A stretch of 63,814 nucleotides of DNA, the filler included, from Choristocarpus tenellus KU-1152 (taxonomy: Eukaryota > Protista > Phaeophyceae): the NCBI GenBank assembly GCA_964200185.2. It is 11 parts of 11 records of this genome, joined end to end, with 100 filler letters (N's around TTAATTAATTAA, not from the genome) between each part and the next. Parts side by side here need not be neighbours in the genome. Positions count along the whole stretch, not along the records: positions 52,388 to 55,894 come from CAXNAD020019558.1; positions 55,995 to 60,968 come from CAXNAD020012316.1; positions 61,069 to 63,814 come from CAXNAD020025106.1; 8 more parts are not named here. One strand, given 5' to 3'. Positions 52,390-63,814 of this stretch are shown piece by piece. Below the pieces are notes generated by a model. The model worked only from the letters and a program-made list of their open reading frames with translations, did no database searches and was not told the origin of the DNA. The position numbers and the translations under genes were made by a program. The number at the start of each line of letters is the position of its first letter. Within the stretch, counting starts at the first letter, position 1.

Positions 52390-52600
52390 CAACATAGATG
52401 GCTTTCCTCCCTTCCCGCTGGTCCCCTTGCCCCCCTTTCCATTTCCCCCCCTCTTGGTAAAAAGTCCATTCACCAGTGAAGACTTCTTGAATATTGAAAA
52501 TTGATAATCAAGAACAAAATTCATTGCCAGAATCAAAGGGGTAAGGAGAGGCAGCATGGATGTCAACAATTCAGGGGTAAAAAAGAGCCAGCACAATTCA
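52390..52600 (-). mobile_element. Possible LINE RT N-terminal fragment
   Basis: FFTPELLTSMLPLLTPLILAMNFVL...SSLVNGLFTKRG resembles the segment following PGPDG in non-LTR RTs. Confidence 0.35.
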
Positions 52601-54950
52601 GCTTGTGTGGTGCTACATCACATTGGGACAATGCAGTGCCTTTGCCAAGCAGCAACTACAATTGAAATCTCAACCCTTCCACCCCCTCCCCCCCCAAAAA
52701 AAATAATAATAATGCACACTCAGTTATGTACATAAAAAAATTTCTGGAGACATTTTAGACAAAGCGGCAACATAAACGCAATTAATGCGCTTCCAAGTGC
52801 ATGCTATAAAAAAAATCCCGTAAGACCCTGTAACCCTAATTGTTACAGAGGAAGCACCACTCCCACTGCCACGGATTCAAATACTAAAACTTCTAGGACT
52901 CTCGTGAGAATAAGCACTACGTTGCACTATTGTAAACGTAAGGCAAGCAGAAAGTTTAAAAAATCACCTTGAAAAAGCACTCCCTCTGTTAAAAGACAAA
53001 CACCAGTTTGAATTATTTGCGCAGCCTGCCCACACTAACTGTTCAACCCGATACTCAACAGAGGAAGCATAGGCACTACAAAAGCACAACAGGATGCAAA
53101 GGACTAGAGCCAGCACTACAAGAAGAGGGGCGCGCACAAGAGAATAATATGTTGGTACAGTGTATTACACATACAGTGGCAACCAATTCATAGTACCAGA
53201 GTGTACTGTATCACTGAAAAAAAAAGAAGACAAGGGATGATCACGCAACACACCTGCAGCCTGCACGAGATACATACTATTTTGAAAATTATGTACGTAC
53301 GTATGAGATGTATGTTTAATTAAACCAGTGCGCAAAACATAACACACACCGTTGCAGTTTCAAGGCAGTTACATTACAAACACGGGCAAAGATGTCAGGT
53401 GACGGGTCGAGTGGGCAGACAAGGATATTTTTCTGGAACTCAACAACTAGGAACGCCTTCCCATGTATGATACACATGCTGCATCTACAACTGATGTTTA
53501 TTAGCTCCACAGATCTCTATAACCCAGACATCTGCACCAACACCAGCTACCAAGGTGACAAACCAAACATAGATCTGCAACCTGTGGGACGAAGGGCCAT
53601 GAGGCAACGATGGCTTAGCAGTGCTTATCATTTGCTGACACCATCGTCGGTGCAAAATGGGGTGCATCGAAAATTGCAATAACACCGTTTTCCGATATGC
53701 CAATGTAGTGGCCAAGGACCTCAAAATCTCGCTAGCGGGCGGTCAAGGATAAAAGCAGCCGTCACCCTGACGCCTTTGAACTCAAGGGTGTAGGTGAATA
53801 CGGCGTGCCTGCAACTACCCCATGTGGCAATCGAAGTCTTATCAAGATAGTAGCCAAAGCGCATCTGCATGTAGGCCAATTTCACACTCCAGGTCATGGA
53901 CAGAAGGCATGTATGTGTTGAGGGGGCCTTTCACACACGAGTAATGGTTTCTAGTTGATAATGCAGACCTCAAGTTCAGATATCTTTAATCTTGAGAATA
54001 TCTAGTATTTTTTGTTCTTTGAGCAGGGTCCATTGACGCTATCGGGGCAATTTGAGGTGGTATATTTTTCCCTTGCACTTCTGAAAAAAAACGTACCTAC
54101 TTATTTCACGCAACCTCGACTAAGAATGCCGTTCACCTTCTATGATTAAGTGCAAGGTCGTAGGCTGAGGTGTGACGTTTCACAGTGAGCAGGTGAAGGA
54201 AATTTGGACGCAGCAACGATCAGTTAAATAACACTGATACTAAAGTTGTGGGAATTTTTGGAGTCGCTCCTGCAGCAGCAGCAGTTGTTGCATATCATGA
54301 AAACCCCATTAGCAAGCCTTCTATATCGCTTCGCACTAGTACTTGGTGTTCCGTGTGACTCTTTCAAGGGATCATGTTCTCAGCACGCTGGTGTATGATT
54401 TGCGTGATTCGCAACCCCAGACATGCTCAGACCTGACATGTAGAGTGCGGGGTTTCCTTCGATTGAAACTTTGCAAAGTTCGATTCAAAAACAAGAGACC
54501 AAGCGTCTGGGGAATACAAAAACTTCGGTCTTGAGGCCTCTTGATGACTGGGATGGCATCCTGTGCAACTTCTACTGCACGCTTACATTTCAGACTACTG
54601 TTTTGAATGGAGAGGTGTTTCACCTCACCATGCGGCACAGTGGCAACCTCTTTGTATTAGGTCGTGCTGCAAAAGTTGAGGGATATAACTTCGCCGACTC
54701 TTTACATTCTCCCTCACCCACGACCACTCGACCACTTCTTCTACACCTTGCTATTGTATCCCATGGAAAGCATGGTGCTTTAGATGAGAGGGAGGTGCAC
54801 TGCCCGTGGGCCCTGGATTCTACCCACCACGATGACAACCACAGGCAGAGCAACCGACTTTTTCGTCACCTTTTGTAAAACGAAAATGTGGCGCAAGTAA
54901 GCCGTCTTTGGTTCCAACTCGCCACCACACCTCTCCCGTATTCGGCTTAC

Positions 54951-55397
54951 CTTTCTACTCCGCCCTCGAAACCCCAGTTTCACGGCGAGAGCAACCATGG
55001 CCGATCTTATTAGCAAGTACGTCGTTACCAGCCTCCGCATCACACGTTGCCGCCATCCCTTTCCCTCCTCTTTTTCGCCGCCACCTTCATTTCTCACCCT
55101 GCTCCCTTCCCCTCTCTTCTGCATTCCATCCTCACTAGAAGTCGCGCACAGAGGATTCAATTTTGACCTGTCTCTTCCTTGAGGATATCGTCTTTCTCCC
55201 CAAGCCACAGAGAAGCTGAATGTGGGACCACAACAATGTGACTGACTTGCTTGGGTGCGCAAATGAGTCGACTTTGGAAGAGACGACGGACGCACCCGCA
55301 GTGTTTCACGGAAGGCAACCGATGGGTGGCAACTGAGTGAAACGACGCAAATGTACAACCACACAGCCCTGACAACACACATGTTTACCTGTAACAT
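54951..55397 (-). CDS. Candidate first exon of a plastid-targeted protein of unknown function
   Basis: Hydrophobic N-terminus MCVVRAVWLYICVVSLSCHPSVAF, then a Ser/Arg-rich transit-like stretch; AAG|GTAAGC donor at 54950; CpG-rich context. Downstream exons unresolved. Confidence 0.4.
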
Positions 55398-55770
55398 GTT
55401 GATAGAGGTAAGACCTTCCACAACAACAAAAGATGGGTTGCGCTTCTTGGAGATCGTATTTGGTTTTGGAAGAAACACCATCGGATCAATACTACAACAG
55501 TTCTATACTGGATTATTAGTACGGTATTATTAACAACCACAACAATTTGACATAAAACTTCAGCAGTTAACTTGCTTCTTACTTAACAATATTGTAGAGT
55601 TCGTACACGCTGATTGGTGGAAGAAACAAATGGAACACTTAAAAAGAAGATGTCGAAGATTGTGGGTTTTATCCATACAGAAGAATTCATAACGTGATGA
55701 AAGTTCTCAGAATATCGGGTCATATATGATGGTGTGGAGGATTGTGTAGGACAACAATATTAATACCTTA

Positions 55771-55894
55771 GCTGCTGCTGCAGCTGAGGCGCGAAATCGC
55801 ACCCACTACGAGAGCTCCTTTGCTCCTCGGAGTTATAACCTCAACACCTTTACGGTGGAAAGTTTTGGGCGACTCGGAAAGCATGCGGAAAGCT
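55771..55894 (+). mobile_element. 5'-truncated CRE-like non-LTR retrotransposon, restriction-like endonuclease C-terminus
   Basis: Open frame AAAAAEARNRTHYESSFAPRSYNLNTFTVESFGRLGKHAES matches the RLE pattern AA..AE..K...Y......F.VESFG.LG..A. Cut by the linker. Confidence 0.6.
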
Positions 55895-56699
55895 NNNNNN
55901 NNNNNNNNNNNNNNNNNNNNNNNNNNNNNNNNNNNNNNTTAATTAATTAANNNNNNNNNNNNNNNNNNNNNNNNNNNNNNNNNNNNNNNNNNNNAGCTGT
56001 TTCAAAACCCACCCACTGATATCAAGATTAATTGTGTTGTAGAAGGAGGGACCCCCCCCCCCCCTCCCAAAGAAAAGAATGTTTGTTCACCTCAACACTA
56101 TCAACACTAATGCAAGCGTCACTGATCAGCCAACTATCCCCATGCCCTTCCTTGTTGCTCCAACCTCCTCTTGTTAGTGTTTTCAGAGAGAAATAAAAAA
56201 GGTGGTGAAATAGTGTGTTAAGAATGTTATTATTTTTAGTCATTCGTAAAAGAATATTCTGTAGAAAAAACTATCCAAGGATGAAAAGACAATGTTTTTG
56301 TTCTGAAGAACAGAAGGCATGTTTGGGTTTCAAGAACTAGAATATGGAAGAGTTCAGGAATAGGAAGAAGCTCCAAATTATTTATTATATTATTTTACTG
56401 CAAAGGGGGTACTTCTAGACCTCTGCTATATACATATATATACATATATATACATATAAAAATGGGGTATATGTTGAATCAATAGTCTTAGTCCTCATAC
56501 TCTCCTTGCAATTTCCAAATCACCACAAAGTGAATAAAAAGAGAAGGAAGTAGTACCAGAGTAACAAACAGTAACAAACTATAAATCCAACACCACAGTA
56601 GCATCACTAGCAATAACCTTTAAAAATCGACTCAAACCCGAACCCTTTCATCCAATAAAAAAGCCTGCCAACCACCTTGATTCAAAGAGCAATTCAACC

Positions 56700-58900
56700 A
56701 GGAATTAGCCCTAGAGCTAGTTCAACACATTTGTAAGTAAGGAGTCACCTCCAAGGCAGCAGAGTCAGTCCCAGCAACAAGGTGGGGAGCAAGGAGGTGA
56801 ATGTCTGTTGAAAGGCACCTCCCTCTCATCACAACATCAAACTTTCCCAAGACAATCCTGGAAGGAAATAAGCAGCAGGTGAATGAAAATAAGAAAAACG
56901 GAAAGATGGGATATATAAAAAAGAAGAGATTCCTCACCTATATCCCGAGAGGGCAAGAATATTCCCAACTATTTCCTTAAGGCAACAAGAGAGAAGCTCT
57001 GGTGTGTAGATGCATGTGGTATTGAAAGCGATTCAAAGAATGTGGGGTGTAGGCATGTAATGTATTCCTGGGTGAGTATGTTCTGAGAATGTTCTGATTA
57101 TGTTCCTCCTCAAGGCGCATTCCCTATGAATGCCTCAGAGAACAGCCGACTTAGAGAAAGATTCAACTTCAAGTTGAATCTTGAGATGTAGACCAAATTG
57201 GTTCGACTGAGGGGCTATTATTGTAGTCTCATCCAACACTGGCTCAGGACTAGCGGGGGCTTCAATCGACCACAGCGTGGCATCTCAACATCTCAACATC
57301 TCAACATCAAAAGTCGGAACACTACCCGGTATCATTATTATTAGTAGTAGTATTAGTAGTAGTAGTAGTAGTAATAGAATTATTATTATTATTATTATTA
57401 TTATTATTTGTCATCACTGGTGCCCTTCGCTGATCGTAGAGCATCCATATCTTAATTTTGACAGGAAAAATGTAACCATAGAGGTACATTGAGTACAACA
57501 TTACCAAGTTATAAGCGTTTTCAATGACAAAACAGTCTCAAAACAAACACTGACACTAACAGTTCAACTACAGTTCAACAGTTGCCAGTTGCCTTTGTGG
57601 AACACTGGCGGTATCCCCGTAACAGTCTTGTCAGTCTTGTCAGGCTTGTCACCATCAGCAGTCTCTACATTCTAAATTAAAATCCGCTGTTCACTGATTC
57701 ACACACAGGCAACGCACTTTCTCTCTATAAAACAGCACGAAAATAATATATGTGATTGAGGTGGCAGGCAGGGGTGGAGCTGGGGTCTTGCAGGACTGAC
57801 TGGGAAAAAGGACAAAGAATGCCCCAGGAATATCCATAGGTGAGGACTAGTGTGGTGATGGTCCCCGGAATAATTTGATAAATTTTATTTCAATTTGATA
57901 AATTTTATTTTATTTCACCAACACACAACGAGATCGTTCAACTTGTATCATCACCATCACCATCATCACCATCACCACCATCACCACCACCATAATAGAT
58001 CTATCATCTATCCATCTCAAATCGGGACTGCTGTCTACATAGAACAGTCATGGTGGTTCCAACATATCAATGAAAAAAACAATAACCCTAACCCTAGCGG
58101 AATGTACACCAGCCTTTACATGACTTACACGAACCTAACCCTAACCCTCAACACTACAGCGGATTTTCTTGTTCCTACTGCTTACGCCACTTTGTACCTT
58201 ATTATATGACACTTTGCACCTTATCAGATAACACCAGGGAACAACTAACTAGGTACAACATGCTGGAAGATAGTGCAGTACCACAGTACTGTTAGTACCA
58301 AGTACCAAGAGGGACTGCTGGCAGTCTTCCTGCCACACTTACCAGCCATGAAGAACTTCACGCTGCAACACCCTCTGCAAACCCCCAACTTCTCCTTAGT
58401 CGACCTGAAAATTCAGGGAAATTTCCGGATCAGGCTGATGACCATATGGGACCGCTAAGGGTGCTATCTCATACCCTGCAATACGAAATACTCGGTCCAG
58501 CCTTGAACCTTTCTTGAAGATGTTTCTTGAACCACTATTCTAGCAGTCCAAAGTTACCCAGGTAAATTAAAAAAAGTCTTTTGAGGGAGGCCCAGAAATC
58601 CCTACAGGAATTTCTCAGATTGGACTTCATGCCTGTGAACCATAATAGAGACACAACGCAAGGTACCTGGCCAGCTTTGAATACACTTACTCCAACCTGC
58701 CACCTCCATTCCCGAGTTACCAAGGTACTTGCTTTGGTAACTAAAGCCAACAAAAACTATTACTTTAGTTATTACTTCTACCAACACGAAACATTCCCAC
58801 TTTTAAAAAACATTTTTAAACCCTCTTTGTACCACCACCAGCACTTCCTTTCCACTCCTACCAAACAAAACCAATCAAAGACATTACCTGTGCTCTCATC
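56700..58900 (-). mobile_element. Decayed LINE remnant (AP endonuclease and possible RT traces)
   Basis: Minus strand IYLGNFG (GDFN-like, about 58560) and KKGSRLDRVF (SRLDR APE motif, about 58500); weak RT traces at 56900-57250. Interrupted by microsatellites. Confidence 0.4.
57330..57408. repeat. Compound (ATT)n/(AGT)n microsatellite; others: (CAAA)n 17750-17785, (TA)n ~20333-20355, (GT)n ~28474-28498, (CAY)n ~57948-57993
   Basis: Directly visible simple repeats. Confidence 0.9.
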
Positions 58901-59898
58901 ATCATGGGCTTAAATAGACTGTTCATATTAAGTAGTTTACCCATTCAAAAACAGCACTACATGAGTTCTAATGAAATATCCCCACCCACTTACACCACTC
59001 TCGAAAGAGCTACACTAATCATTAAATTGCACTACACTAATCATTAAATTGCACTACACTAATCATTAGATTTCAGCATTGCAATATTGTTGCTTGTACA
59101 ACAACAACAAAAACTCTCCTTCCTCCCCACCCTCCCCCCCACCCACAAAAACAAAAAACGAGGACTTTTCATAGGTCAGCAAATACGAACAATCCAGTCT
59201 GCGGACTGGGCTGGTCCTAAAATGATCTAACACGTCCTGGTCCATATCCCATAGGTAACATACCAGTACTGGACCAGGACTAACATTCTCAAACATGCCT
59301 GGACTGCGTCACTAGGTGTTGTACCAGTCCATGACCACAGACTGGGTCTAGCATTCTCTATCATGTCCTGATCCATATTCACTAGGTATTTTACTGGTTC
59401 ATGTCCATCACCAGACCGGGTCTGGCATTTTCTAACATGTCCAGACTGTGTCCAGTTAGGACTGAATCAGTCCAAGTCCACCAGCCAGTCTTAACCCTTT
59501 CGGAAATGTCCAGATCATAGTCCAGTACATTTGAACCAAATGCACAGTTCTCAGGTCTGACGTGTCAGTTCCTGGGCCAGTCTGACTCAAACAATACCCA
59601 TCTTCTTCGTTCCACCCAAATAAAAAAATATATATATGTGTGTGTAAAATGTTGAAGATTGTTGTGATGTGGAGTTGGTGGATTTGCAACACTCTTGACA
59701 AACAAGAGTTAAAAAAATATAAATTCTGTAGAAAGCACACCAATCAAAATTATAAGAATAAAATGTGGAGAATGTAACAGCCTGGTCTATCATTGGGAAA
59801 TCATTGGGTGCATTGGCAGGTAAGGATGAACCTCACTGACAAAACCATCAAGGTTTGTCACAGCAATGACTGCCACAGCAATGACTATGGTGTAGGGA

Positions 59899-60036
59899 CA
59901 GTAATCCACTGTACCATAATATTTTGAGAACAATAATCCATTGTACTGTAGTATTTTGATGGTGGTAATCCACTGTACCATAATATTTTGATAACAGTAT
60001 TCCACTGTACTGAAATATTTTGTTAACAGTAATTCC
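59899..60036. repeat. 32-bp tandem repeat, about 4.3 copies
   Basis: Unit CAGTAATCCACTGTACCATAATATTTTGAGAA at 59899, 59931, 59963 and 59995. Confidence 0.8.
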
Positions 60037-61068
60037 TACTGTTCCTACTGTGGAAAATTCAGAGTAACGATAAATTTATTGTCCAAAACATTAGAAATAA
60101 CAATAAAAATCCCTACCATACAGTGCCACACTGTGTTAACTCCAGAACGGCCTGTTCCTGTCCAAACGATTCAATCTATTCAATGGTAAACGCATGACAT
60201 AAAAAAGGAAATGACTGGGGAAATAGTAGTCATGAAATAACATTAAAAAATGAACAAAAATACCGTACCATACTGTTCAAATATACTCCCCTAACCCTAA
60301 CCCTAACTCTAGTACTAAAAAAACACACGAATATATATACAGCACAGTGTATGTCAATACTCTACAGTATAACAATGTGCAGTATATAAATATATGATAC
60401 ATACGTACTTGTTCACAATTGATTTCGATTTTTTGTCTGAGAGACATGTGTTTGTAGGTTGTTGATGACCACACCATCACACCATACAACACAACAAAAA
60501 CCCAGAGCAGCTAGACAGGTATCAGATATAGATACATACATATGTCTTTCTTTTGGACTATAGGTGTCATGAGAAGGGACTGACAGGTATGTAGGGTGGT
60601 CAGACTTGGTACAAATCTCAACCAACATGAAAAACCATCGAACCAATACACCATCCATACCTGTCAGTCATGCTGTAGAAATGTCATGACAGGAAAGACT
60701 GGAACTGCCATACTTAAGTAAGTCCTTTTCATACAATTTTTTTCAAGGAATACCTTACTATACCGCAGGGTACTTTCAATAACACCATCATGATACTGTA
60801 TGATACACCTGGCAATACATGCTACTAACTAGCAATACATGCTACTAACGGTAGCGTAATTTTACCGAAATTTCCATCGCTGCATCACACAATATATTTC
60901 ACAGTAAACCTTACCGCATTTGTTGGGGGGGGGGGGGGGGGGGCCACCACACTACTTGTTACTGCTACNNNNNNNNNNNNNNNNNNNNNNNNNNNNNNNN
61001 NNNNNNNNNNNNTTAATTAATTAANNNNNNNNNNNNNNNNNNNNNNNNNNNNNNNNNNNNNNNNNNNN

Positions 61069-61125
61069 CATGAAAAAATTGACCCCAAATGGACAGCCGC
61101 CACCCCCTCCCAGATACGTTGAGCC
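61069..61125 (+). mobile_element. MITE family B right end at contig start
   Basis: CATGAAAAAATTGACCCCAAATGGACAGCCGCCACCCCCTCCCAGATACGTTGAGCC. Confidence 0.8.
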
Positions 61126-61473
61126 ACTTGTTGAACCAAACTACCTCAGAAATTTCCCTCTGATAAACAACAGAATCAATGGAGCAAGTCAAGAGCCGCC
61201 CGCCCCCAGTCCATAATCAGTGGTCTAGTCTCTCTGGAATAGCACAGAACCACGACACACAACCAATGTGACCAGTGCAACTGCTTCTATATTGGAGAGT
61301 GAGCACAATCACCATTGCAGGAGTTGCACATTGAAAGTTTGATACATCTCGGTGGACTATAGGCCAGCTAGTGGAGGAGGTACATGTTCTGCCATCTCGT
61401 GGTGATCTGATCGCTCAATCAACCCGTCCTTTGGAGAGTGCAAGAAGAATACCTGCCCCAAATCACAACACAC

Positions 61474-63772
61474 CTTCTCCTCCAGATATGAGCGCTGCTC
61501 TGCCTCATGCTTCCTGTGAACTCTCTCAGCCATAAGCTCTTCCCTCAAGCCGTCCAATTCCTCCTCCTTCTGGTGTGTCGTCGGTTTGTTCGGGGTGCAT
61601 TGATGGGATTGGTAGGTGGAGCTGCTTCAATGATGGGGTGGCGAACAGGGGGGAAGGGTGAAATCATCTTCCAAGGAAGTGAAAGGAAACTAACGGTTAG
61701 TTGCCCCCTTCCCACTGCTGCTTCTTGTATTCAAGTCAAACCCACAGTGTCTATGCTGACTTTCAGCTGTTCTTTCTTCTCCCTCAGGGTCTTGATTATG
61801 GAGCGGAAGAGCTTCTCTCGTGCAGCATGCCTTTCCAGTTCATATGACTTCACTCCGAGGTGCAACATGGAGGGTACAGAAGCAACAGCATCAACATGCA
61901 AGGTTGGGTTGCTAAGTTGGACGATATTTTCGTTATGCTGCGGGGAATGCACGGCAACAGGCCAAGCAAAGCAGCTGGCAAGAACCGAAAACCCCAAACC
62001 TCGTCCCTTCTGCTGCTCAACCTCTGACAACGAGAGGTAAAGAGGACAGATCCATATCCACTGTTGTTGCTATAGTTGCCTACTCTCTATAGATCTGGTC
62101 ATATCCTCTAGAACCCGCATTCTCGGTCAAGCACCATGCAATCATTGCCTACAGGCTCAAAGTATCTGGAGGGGGTGGCGGCTGTACATTGGGGTCAATT
62201 GTTTCATCTCGCAAATTTTGGATGATTTGGTTGCATACGACGGATGGATAATGTAAATGTACGTTTCCTGATTTTGGTCAAAATGAACAACCTGGTGTAG
62301 ACCCCCCCCCCCACAGATACTTTGGGTCTGCGGATCCTATTGTTTCTTCTTGCTGATCCTGAGCAAAAAACAGAAAGGGCACTCTTGATGGGTTTAATGA
62401 AAGCATACTACGTTTTCCAGCAGGAAGAGCTTTCAACTCTGAGCTTGGTACTACCACAGAGAAGAATGAGAAGCAGTGGGAAGAAATCATTGAACAGTCC
62501 CAGGCTGGGAATACAGGTTGTCGAAGTTGACACATGAGTTCTAGGTATGAAGTAGAAAGGGTATTGGTGTGCTGCATTCATACTGATACTAATTGTGTGG
62601 CTATTAAAAAATAGGATACTCATTTGTTTCTTCTTGATATGATACAAAACCACCACCTCGCATGGACTGTTGATTGGTCAACTACACTGGTCGTTATTGT
62701 CCTTTTCTTTGTTTTGCATTCTCAACTCATCTTCACAACATCAAGATTCAGTATATTGAAGTATAGCATCATTCGATATACATCACACACAGGGGTAGCA
62801 TGCATCACCCGAGTTACTTCAGATATTGATTCAAGTGTGTTCTTGTGGTAAGTTTTGTTTTTCGTTGTCTGTCATCTTTCTTCTTTTTAACAGCAGAAGG
62901 CTCCAGCTGCACGTTAATTATTGGTTATTATTTTTTCCTTGGTTCTCATTGCCCCCTCATAATGCACCAAGCTCGCTCTGCAATAAGTGCACCTGATGCA
63001 CACCTGCATATTACATATTCAGAGTTAAACCATCCACGGAAACCCTGTCCCTCCCAAGGTAACAAGCTTCTCCACAGAGCATGAACTTCTTTCATTGAGT
63101 ATCTCAAGAAAGAACACCGAACTCACATCACATGATCCTTGACTGAGCGATCAATGACCTCAGTTACAACAGAGAACAAACACATCGGTCCTTTGCAGCA
63201 CTAGGATTTCTCTTCACAACACAGGCTACGCATTTTACTCAGATGTACAATGCATTCAATTCAGGTTTTAACAGTGACTCTCAAGAAATACGCCTGTGTT
63301 CTGAGTTCGAGTTTTGAAGGGTAGAGAGGCCATGTGGATTTTAGGTGACAGAGGTGGAAAGGACATTTGTTGCATGTGCATTATCTCATGTTGGAGCTGC
63401 TTAGGCCTGCGTAGGTAGCGGTAGCTTGATCAGAGCAGTACCACTGGGAGACATTGTCAGGTGCATATGGCAAAGGGTATAGTGTACAAGAATCCAGAAG
63501 CATGCTTTTTCAATTATCCCATCCCTATCATTCCCCTCCTGTCTGTTGCACTCCTTGGTAATGAGACGTGTATGAAAATGCAGTAGTCGCACAGCTCTCT
63601 CAAACAACTCGGCAAGTCAGGTGTACCGTCTACCCCATATATGTATAGAGCCCACCTTAGCCTCCTCCATTGAGGCAATTTTATCTTCCAGCTTTTGCTT
63701 GGCCTCCCGGCCAGTTCTGACCATACTCCGAAGCAGCTTCTCCTTGTTACGGTGTTTCCCTTCTTCATATGT
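61474..63772 (-). CDS. Internal exons of an unidentified coiled-coil protein
   Basis: Phase-0 AG/GT-bounded exons: 63772-63656 (TYEEGKHRNKEKLLRSMV...KIASMEEAK), about 62023-62000 (RLSSRRDE), about 61847-61761 (ELERHAAREKLFRSIIKTLREKKEQLK) and 61569-61474 (KEEELDGLREELMAERVHRKHEAEQRSYLEEK). E/K/R-rich. Confidence 0.6.
62154..62328 (-). mobile_element. MITE family B (intronic)
   Basis: GGCTCAAAGTATCTGGAGGGGG...CCCCACAGATACTTTGGGTC; flanks TACA / TGCG. Confidence 0.85.
62602..63273 (+). mobile_element. Solo LTR (family L1), intronic
   Basis: TATTAAAAA...GGTTTTAACA, colinear with 549-1384 minus the MITE; 5-bp TSD GTGGC/GTGAC. Confidence 0.85.
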
Positions 63773-63814
63773 CTTGTTTGTAGGTGCAAACATCGATGGG
63801 AACAACATGAGCCG

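Noticed and set aside
57895-58209. Poly-His ORF
   Set aside because: Translation of a (CAY)n microsatellite.

Overview
Eukaryotic, intron-rich DNA, not prokaryotic. It is most likely from a flagellated stramenopile alga (brown-algal/PX-clade-like; inference from gene content). The window is about 11 contigs joined by artificial 100-bp N-TTAATTAATTAA-N linkers, so gene order across linkers is unproven. Partial spliced host genes: WDR82/SWD2, a tandem F5/8-C (CBM32-like) domain gene with an in-frame TAA, a DNAH6-like inner-arm dynein heavy chain, a cyclophilin, the dynein light intermediate chain p28/DNALI1, a coiled-coil protein and a candidate plastid-targeted protein. The rest is largely transposon debris: one LTR family (two solo LTRs with 5-bp TSDs and a 3' LTR with PPT), several decayed Copia-like pol regions, LINE and CRE-like fragments, a CAC-ended element with a 42-bp internal array, and two abundant MITE families sharing an AAAGTATCT terminal core with 4-bp TSDs (Sola2-like). 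The most interesting signals are this shared MITE system and reciprocal CpG-to-TpG/CpA decay in target-site duplications, which suggests past or present DNA methylation. No CRISPR array, rRNA or tRNA could be supported.
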